A stretch of DNA of 64,000 bases, from the NCBI GenBank assembly GCA_965215125.1, contig OZ244052.1, positions 32,001 through 96,000 on the forward strand. The letters are read 5' to 3'. The notes beneath the pieces are model-generated. The model was not told where the DNA came from. It did no database searches and worked only from the letters and a program-made list of their open reading frames with translations. Position 1 is the first letter of the stretch; every line of letters begins with the position of its first letter. This DNA is from an uncultured candidatus Porisulfidus sp. Its GTDB lineage: Bacteria > Pseudomonadota > Gammaproteobacteria > Poriferisulfidales > Oxydemutatoraceae. The translations under genes and the position numbers were made by a program. Positions 59,077-64,000 of this stretch are shown one piece after another.

Positions 59077-59892
59077 TCATTCATTGACAGGCGACTGATC
59101 GATACCTCGTGCAACCAGAGATTGCAGGTGTGCAGGACAATCATAAGTCAATTCTGTTGCTTGTGCTTCGGTTTCGCAAGATGCAAAAAAAGCACCACCC
59201 GAACCGGTCAAATGCGCACTACTACGACTATTCAGCCAATCCATATCGGCGGCAATCTGCGGGTGCTCTTTTCTGACAACCGCTTCAAACACATTGGTAG
59301 TGTGGCCGGCCAGATAATCTTTCATCGAAACCTTGCCGCAGTTTCTTTTTAACTCGGAACACTCGAACATGATACCGGTATTAACTTGATGCGGAGGAAT
59401 AAACACGGCATACCAACGAGGTGGCAATTCCACCGCCTGCAGAACCTCCCCTATCCCTTCTCCCCACGCACTTTGACCGATGATGAATAACGGGATATCG
59501 GCACCTAAATCTTTACCATAAGCTATAAGTTGTGCCGCATCCAAACGGCAATCCCATAGCCGATTCAATACTTTAAGCGTGGTTGCCGCATCGGAACTTC
59601 CACCACCCAAACCCATTCCCGCAGGAATACGCTTATGCAAATAGATATCGATCCCTCGCAGTGTGTTGCAAGACTGCTGCATGAGACGGGCAGCCTTAAA
59701 CACTAAGTTATCTCGGCGCGGAATATCCACATTACAATGTAGGTTAATTGCATCGTCCGAGCGCACTTTGAAATCAAGCTCATCGTAGTAATCTATAAGT
59801 TGGAACAAAGTCTGCAATTCGTGATAGCCGTCGGGACGACGTTTTGTAATGTGCAGAAAAAGATTTAGTTTAGCAGGTGCTAGATATTTCAT
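59077..59892 (-). CDS. ispE: 4-diphosphocytidyl-2-C-methyl-D-erythritol kinase
   Basis: APAKLNLFLHI, DGYHELQTLFQ, KRIPAGMGLGGGSSDAAT, LGADIP, LTGSG. Confidence 0.96.
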   Translation of the reverse strand: MKYLAPAKLNLFLHITKRRPDGYHELQTLFQLIDYYDELDFKVRSDDAINLHCNVDIPRRDNLVFKAARLMQQSCNTLRGIDIYLHKRIPAGMGLGGGSSDAATTLKVLNRLWDCRLDAAQLIAYGKDLGADIPLFIIGQSAWGEGIGEVLQAVELPPRWYAVFIPPHQVNTGIMFECSELKRNCGKVSMKDYLAGHTTNVFEAVVRKEHPQIAADMDWLNSRSSAHLTGSGGAFFASCETEAQATELTYDCPAHLQSLVARGIDQSPVNE

Positions 59893-59901
59893 AAAAACTA
59901 T

Positions 59902-60552
59902 TTAGCATGCCGAAGTTTTAACGGTAATCGGAGGCGTCTGCCACGAGCGTATATGCAACCACAACTGAGTCTGCGCTCGGCTTAATGTCAAACTGCCGGG
60001 CGACCAATCCAGACAATCATCGTCTCTATAATCGGTATAGCTTATAGCCCATCCACCTTGTTTATAAAATTGCAATCTACCCTGCGTATCAAACTCAATA
60101 TCAAAATAAGACTCGCCGGGGGTGGGTGCACCCAACAACCAGTAGTGCAGACTCTCCACCGGCACTTCGGTACCCAACATAGATTTAATCAATGCCGAAG
60201 GATCGGATGCCTGTGTTTGCCTCCCCTTAGAATCTATCGCCGATACACTGCCGTCCGGTCGACTCTCTATAAACATCAAACGCCGACCCAAAAGATCGCT
60301 GAAAATGATAGCAAAACCGTCTTCGCGTCGTGTCCATTGCATAATCCCTCGCCAACTAAACTTATCGTGGCGCAGTGCTATCCTCATCTGCATATCCCAT
60401 TGTGTATAGCCTGCGATACGCTCCTGCATAACCGACACCGCAGTATCGACAATATGCGTTTCCAGCTTTAGAGTCTGTTGCGAACAGGCACCGAATAACA
60501 GGCAAGATGCCGTTAAAAGAAATAAAAGATATTTATGCAGAAAGAGCTTCAC
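59902..60552 (-). CDS. lolB: Outer-membrane lipoprotein insertase LolB
   Basis: Lipobox FGAC, LG..VPVESLHYWLLGAP, QGGWAISY; position upstream of ispE. Confidence 0.85.
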   Translation of the reverse strand: MKLFLHKYLLFLLTASCLLFGACSQQTLKLETHIVDTAVSVMQERIAGYTQWDMQMRIALRHDKFSWRGIMQWTRREDGFAIIFSDLLGRRLMFIESRPDGSVSAIDSKGRQTQASDPSALIKSMLGTEVPVESLHYWLLGAPTPGESYFDIEFDTQGRLQFYKQGGWAISYTDYRDDDCLDWSPGSLTLSRAQTQLWLHIRSWQTPPITVKTSAC

Positions 60553-61283
60553 GTCTCAAACTTGATCCAATCGTCTTTGTATGCTATAAGTTTCAAAATA
60601 TGTTCGGCTTCAATCACCGGAATTTTTACAGCTATCCTAAACTTATGCATTGTTATCGGGATTTTATAGTATATCGTAAATTGCGAACCGTGTGGTTGCC
60701 AAGTGAATTGTCGCATCTCGGTCTTTCTATCGTAGCCCTCAAAATTTCCTCTACTGTTCACAATCCATCGGTAATTATCGGGTATATAGCGGTGCGCTTC
60801 ATATTCAAATAAAACAAACTCGCAAGTGTTCATATTCCTTACTAATACGATTATTCGTAAATCATCGTATTCGTTCAATGCTTCATCTAAGCGGTTATTC
60901 CAAATCTTAAGAATCGCCTGCCCCGTCAAGTTAACATCTTTACGCGGATCAGATATGCCAAGTGAATAATCCGGTGAATTACGCCCCGATATCAGTCGCA
61001 AGGCATCGGCTTCAAAAGGTTTTTTGTGTTGTACTGTTTTAACCGACCATGCACATTTGTCGCTAACTGCATCAATCAAACCTAAGGGGCTATTTTTATA
61101 GTCTCCTTTTATGGCTTCGGCGAATATTCTACCGAAGTCGTCGCCTGTTATATTTTTGTAACCTATTGCTAATTGATGGACAATCTTTCTACCAATCACA
61201 AAAACCACCTTGCGAGGTATCTCACCGAGTGGATAAGGACTACTTCGCCGCTTTACATTTCCTCTTAGCTTAAGTTTGGGCAT
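60549..61283 (-). CDS. Putative Type II restriction endonuclease
   Basis: Overlaps the C5-MTase gene; GDDF...LIDAV...WSVKT resembles a PD-(D/E)XK-type core; no housekeeping motif recognised. Confidence 0.65.
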   Translation of the reverse strand: MPKLKLRGNVKRRSSPYPLGEIPRKVVFVIGRKIVHQLAIGYKNITGDDFGRIFAEAIKGDYKNSPLGLIDAVSDKCAWSVKTVQHKKPFEADALRLISGRNSPDYSLGISDPRKDVNLTGQAILKIWNNRLDEALNEYDDLRIIVLVRNMNTCEFVLFEYEAHRYIPDNYRWIVNSRGNFEGYDRKTEMRQFTWQPHGSQFTIYYKIPITMHKFRIAVKIPVIEAEHILKLIAYKDDWIKFET

Positions 61284-62244
61284 AGACTTCCAATACCCCC
61301 TCTATTGCAGCACGAGCAAGAGGAATCGGCACTGCATTCCCTGTCTGTTTACGTATTTGACTGTCGGTGCATATAATCCTGAATTTATCAGGAAACCCCT
61401 GTAGGCGTAACATCTCACGCGGAGTCAATCGTCGTTCACCGTCAACGAGTAAGTAATTATGAGAAGCTCCGGCTCGTAGCGCACAGGAGAACGGATGACT
61501 GCTAACATTGCCTCCTTTATTTTCATGCCATATTCCGGGTTTATATCGTGATTTGTGTATTGAGTGTCTAGATTGCTTGATTCTATCCGATACAAAATGA
61601 CGAATATCAGGGTCTTTTTCTAATATCTTAGCCAGTGGTTTCATTGATACTTTGCGCATCGGCCAAGGGAAAATATCGAAATGTTTACGCGTTGCAACTA
61701 TCAAAACTCGCTCACGCTTTTGGGGTAAACCGAAATCGAGTGCATTTAATACCCGGTAATCTACAAAGTAACCGATAAGTTTCAATTCTTTAACGATACA
61801 TCGAAATATTCTTCCGTTATCAATGGTTAGTAACTGCCGAACATTCTCTAATACTACCGCTTTCGGTCGTTTAACTTCTATAATCTTCAGTAACTTAAAA
61901 AACAATCCACCTCGAGAGTCCGCTATACCTTGACGCTTCCCGATAATGCTGAATGGTTGGCACGGCGGACCCGCACATAGTAAATCAAACGAAGGTATTT
62001 TAGATAATTTTATACTATTTATATCACCCTCCGGTCTCATACCGAAATTAGCTTCATAAGTATTTCGGACTTTATCATCAATATCACAAGCATAAATACA
62101 TCTTAAGTTTAAGGTGGCAGAGGCAAAATGGAAACCACCAATACCACAAAAAAAGTCTGCAAATGTTTGTATCGGGTCGGACCGATAGTTAGGCATAGTT
62201 TTAATATCTGCCTTCATACTGTGCGCCGGAGTCTGATTTATCAT
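61270..62244 (-). CDS. DNA (cytosine-5)-methyltransferase
   Basis: Motif I FCGIGG, IV GPPCQPFS, VI ENV, VIII QKRER, IX RRLTPRE.LRLQGFP, X GNAV. Confidence 0.96.
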   Translation of the reverse strand: MINQTPAHSMKADIKTMPNYRSDPIQTFADFFCGIGGFHFASATLNLRCIYACDIDDKVRNTYEANFGMRPEGDINSIKLSKIPSFDLLCAGPPCQPFSIIGKRQGIADSRGGLFFKLLKIIEVKRPKAVVLENVRQLLTIDNGRIFRCIVKELKLIGYFVDYRVLNALDFGLPQKRERVLIVATRKHFDIFPWPMRKVSMKPLAKILEKDPDIRHFVSDRIKQSRHSIHKSRYKPGIWHENKGGNVSSHPFSCALRAGASHNYLLVDGERRLTPREMLRLQGFPDKFRIICTDSQIRKQTGNAVPIPLARAAIEGVLEVYAQT

Positions 62245-62309
62245 CTATTTAAGTATAAAAACGCTAGTCCGATATTTTACTCAAAGTTGCACGACTGCGC
62301 CTCGTCGCC

Positions 62310-63992
62310 TTAGGGTATTATTTTTTCATACAAGCGCATCAGATAATCACTTTCCGGGAAATCTATCAGTGCGTCTTTGAGTAACCGAGTCGCCTCCGCT
62401 TCCCTTTGCATAGACCATAAAATTTCAACCCAGTGACCCAAGATCTCGGAGTCGTGAAACATCGAAGCTGCCTTTTGTACATAGCTTTCCGCAAGTTCTA
62501 GGTTATTAAGACGAAATGCCAGCCAACCCATGCTATCTATGACCGCCGGTTCGGTTGGGTTTATCTCGTAGGCACGGTGTATATAGATGCTCGCATAATC
62601 TAAGCGACGGTTCAGGTCGACGAGCGTATAGCCCAAAGCATTCAAAGCCTGCCAGTTATCTTCGTCCAACTCGATAACACGCTCCATATCTTGCTCGAAC
62701 AAATTAAACTGCTCCATCTCCAACCACAACATGCCGCGAGAATAAAGTAAACTCAGCGAGTAGGGATAGCGTTCAATCGCTTCGTCGTATAAGCGTATCG
62801 CACGCTCCTTAAATCCACCTTCTCGCAATGCCGTCGTCTGCGCGATGTAATAACGTATCTGCTCGTCTTCGTCCTCGCTAAACTCTCGCAATGCTTCAAA
62901 CTGCTCGTCGGCTTTCTCGAACAGACCCTGCATTTGATAGATTTTAGCGATATTGAGCGTTGCTTCCGAACGCAAACCCTCTAATTTGACGGCACGGAAA
63001 TAATTTATTGCGGTCTTTAAATCGCCACGTTTCTCTGCAATCGTTGCTTTGTAATAAGTCGCTATTTCTGCATCGCCTCCCAGTTCGGAATAACGCGCCA
63101 GCAATCGCTCGGCATAATCTAGACGATTCTCGCCTATATTGAATATCGCATATTGCAATACGAATGTTAACCGATCCGGATTGAGGTCGTATGCCGCCTC
63201 GAAAAAATTCTGTGCCGGAATGATATGCCCGTAGTTTTGTAAGCTCAAAGCCGCCTTGGTTTGTAACAAAAAGCTCTGCGGATGCAGCGTTGCTTGCCGA
63301 CTCAACCACTCTAAGGCAACTTTGTCCTCGTTCAATGCAAATAATATATCCGCCTTCAATGCAATTGCGTTAACTAAATCGGGGTTATATACCAAAGCCT
63401 GATCTATCATGTTCAGTGCTTGTTGATAATTGCCGTAATAAAAGTTCAGATAGGCTTTCAGCCAATGAACGGCAGCGTGTTCGGGTACCGCTTGCTCTAG
63501 CTTTTCAAGTACTTCACGGCTTTTTTCAAATTCTATATGTCCTAATATAGGCAATACATGCCGAGTATCTAAATCCTCCTCGGAAGTAAGCAATACCTCT
63601 ATACGCCCTAAGGCTTCGGTATAGTCTTCGGTTTGCAAGTAAATCAATGCCATCACTTTGTTGAGTTCCGTATTTTCGGAATCGCCGGCATACCAATGTT
63701 CGGCTAAAGTTTTTGCTTTTTGATAATCCTCCACACTCACCGCCAATGCAATTGCCGAGCGATAAACATCCGCGTCTTGAGTTAATAATGCTGCCCGGTA
63801 ATAGTGATCCAAAGATTGTTCTTTGTCGCGATACTGTATCGCTATTTCGGCGGATAACAGCTCGTAAAATTGGTCCGATAGCAATTTGGTCTCGCGTTCC
63901 ACACTACCCATAGACGCGCACGACGTAGCAAACATCAGGATAAAAGAGGTGATGCCGTATCGGCGTAGATATATTAGAAAATTCAAAATCAT
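62310..63992 (-). CDS. Tetratricopeptide-repeat lipoprotein (type found upstream of lolB)
   Basis: Lipobox-like ATSC, YELLSAEIA, multiple TPRs, ALNALGYTL, DSMGW, EILGH. Confidence 0.88.
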   Translation of the reverse strand: MILNFLIYLRRYGITSFILMFATSCASMGSVERETKLLSDQFYELLSAEIAIQYRDKEQSLDHYYRAALLTQDADVYRSAIALAVSVEDYQKAKTLAEHWYAGDSENTELNKVMALIYLQTEDYTEALGRIEVLLTSEEDLDTRHVLPILGHIEFEKSREVLEKLEQAVPEHAAVHWLKAYLNFYYGNYQQALNMIDQALVYNPDLVNAIALKADILFALNEDKVALEWLSRQATLHPQSFLLQTKAALSLQNYGHIIPAQNFFEAAYDLNPDRLTFVLQYAIFNIGENRLDYAERLLARYSELGGDAEIATYYKATIAEKRGDLKTAINYFRAVKLEGLRSEATLNIAKIYQMQGLFEKADEQFEALREFSEDEDEQIRYYIAQTTALREGGFKERAIRLYDEAIERYPYSLSLLYSRGMLWLEMEQFNLFEQDMERVIELDEDNWQALNALGYTLVDLNRRLDYASIYIHRAYEINPTEPAVIDSMGWLAFRLNNLELAESYVQKAASMFHDSEILGHWVEILWSMQREAEATRLLKDALIDFPESDYLMRLYEKIIP

Positions 63993-64000
63993 ATTAGTTT

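Overview
Bacterial (Gammaproteobacteria-like) chromosomal segment. Left: a 16.2-kb gene for a giant, tandemly repeated secreted/surface protein. Centre: an ~18.8-kb accessory island that separates rnhA from dnaQ and is bracketed by inverted copies of a MITE-like element. It carries a tightly coupled defence operon in which a Type III restriction-modification pair (mod...res) is split by an ABC-type ATPase + PIN pair and a complete ubiquitin-like conjugation module (tri-Ubl, E2, JAB-E1 fusion, and a DUF6527-like gene whose real start the ORF track misses). A second ATPase + nuclease pair and DUF488 follow. The island also holds an array of Rpn/PD-(D/E)XK genes, each with an internal RBS+ATG, including one copy reduced to two C-terminal modules (possible orphan antitoxins). 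Right: housekeeping genes (peptide ABC transporter, pstS with a Pho box, dusA, aceEF-lpdA, tRNA-Glu, rraA, prs, tRNA-Gln, ispE, lolB, TPR protein), with a Type II R-M pair inserted in the TPR-lolB operon. Several nested families of short palindromic intergenic repeats occur throughout. All family assignments come from motif recognition by eye; no database search was run.
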